This document shows positions 42,089 to 42,448 of a stretch of DNA of 42,448 bases, piece by piece. Origin of the DNA: a virus; the IMG/VR virus record IMGVR_UViG_3300011466_000001, positions 1 to 42,448 of that record. One strand, given 5' to 3'. Made by a program: the position numbers and the translations under genes. The notes beneath the pieces are model-generated. The model did no database searches. It saw only the letters and a list, made by a program, of their open reading frames with translations, and had not been told where the DNA came from. Position 1 is the stretch's first letter. Each line of letters begins with the position of its first letter.

Positions 42089-42400
42089 CTACCTTTCTTC
42101 AATGAGTTTTCTTCTTTCTCTTGTTGCTTTGATAGCCTGCGCTTGGGCCAAGAAAATTTCTTGCTCACGCTGCATAGCTTGTTGCTTTGTTTCTTCCTCG
42201 GTCTTCGCTTCTTCAATCGCCTGTTCAATTTGTTTGAGAAACGGATAGGCTTCTTCAAATTTTGGCATATGCTTTGGATCGTTAAATGCGAAAACTGCTA
42301 GTCTTTGCTGCGAGTAGTCGAACATCGCTCTTTCTCGCAACTCATTCTCTTTGATCTTCTTATTTGCTTGGACTTGTATCATGATTTCCTCAAGTGTCAT
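42089..42400 (-). CDS. gpT-like C-terminal part of the G-T frameshift fusion (tail assembly chaperone)
   Basis: The reading frame stays open upstream of the listed ATG to the window end and on through 80..208 after circular closure. There it is the -1 frame of ORF 118..525. Confidence 0.6.
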   Translation of the reverse strand: MTLEEIMIQVQANKKIKENELRERAMFDYSQQRLAVFAFNDPKHMPKFEEAYPFLKQIEQAIEEAKTEEETKQQAMQREQEIFLAQAQAIKATRERRKLIEER

Positions 42401-42448
42401 TCCCCAATACTCTGTAGAGGGGATTCCTGCTTCAACGGCTTGCGGGTA
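42370..42448. repeat. Terminal direct repeat copy 2 (identical to 1..79)
   Basis: Direct comparison of the two window ends. Confidence 0.95.

Larger units (their letters stand above)
1..42448. mobile_element. Complete circularly closed temperate siphovirus-type phage genome (unique length 42369 bp)
   Basis: Full set of lysogeny, replication, packaging, head, tail and lysis modules. The window ends overlap by 79 identical bp, and genes continue in frame across the junction. Confidence 0.85.

Overview
The window is a complete, circularly closed temperate siphovirus-type phage genome. Bases 1..79 are identical to 42370..42448, so the unique length is 42369 bp. It is AT-rich, and the protein families suggest a Lactobacillales or Enterococcus-like host, but I cannot verify the host without a search. 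About 90% of genes are on the minus strand. Read as a circle, they run: Cro-like switch (27347) -> Rha and Bro antirepressors -> small early genes -> replication and recombination (Rad52-like SSAP, DUF968/HNH, replisome organizer, DnaC/DnaI-like loader, RusA-like, orphan methyltransferase, SSB) -> about 15 small early ORFs -> ArpU/RinA-like late activator (12131) -> a ~690-nt ORF-free structured region -> metallophosphoesterase -> TerS/TerL/portal/head -> head-tail joining -> major tail -> G/GT chaperone (crosses the window junction) -> 1704-aa tape measure -> tail fibre -> holin and endolysin (30778). The plus strand carries the lysogeny module (CI-like S24 repressor, Zn-ribbon protein, large serine integrase). 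It also carries five self-contained moron-like genes in the same orientation. The strongest candidate for something new is 11027..11717. It is G+C-rich, ends in an intrinsic terminator and holds three tandem tRNA-like modules. Two of these share identical acceptor stems but have aberrant anticodon arms. This could be a large ornate ncRNA (GOLLD/ROOL-like or new) or a tRNA-mimic array. Other points worth a second look: a duplicated promoter/leader cassette with a 9-bp dyad overlapping the SD of two plus-strand morons; a DUF4393/Abi-alpha-like moron; an attP-proximal moron with a consensus promoter, near twin hairpins and a 16-bp perfect dyad; and a -1 frameshift signal in the tail chaperone. 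All family assignments come from reading motifs by eye. No searches or folding programs were run.
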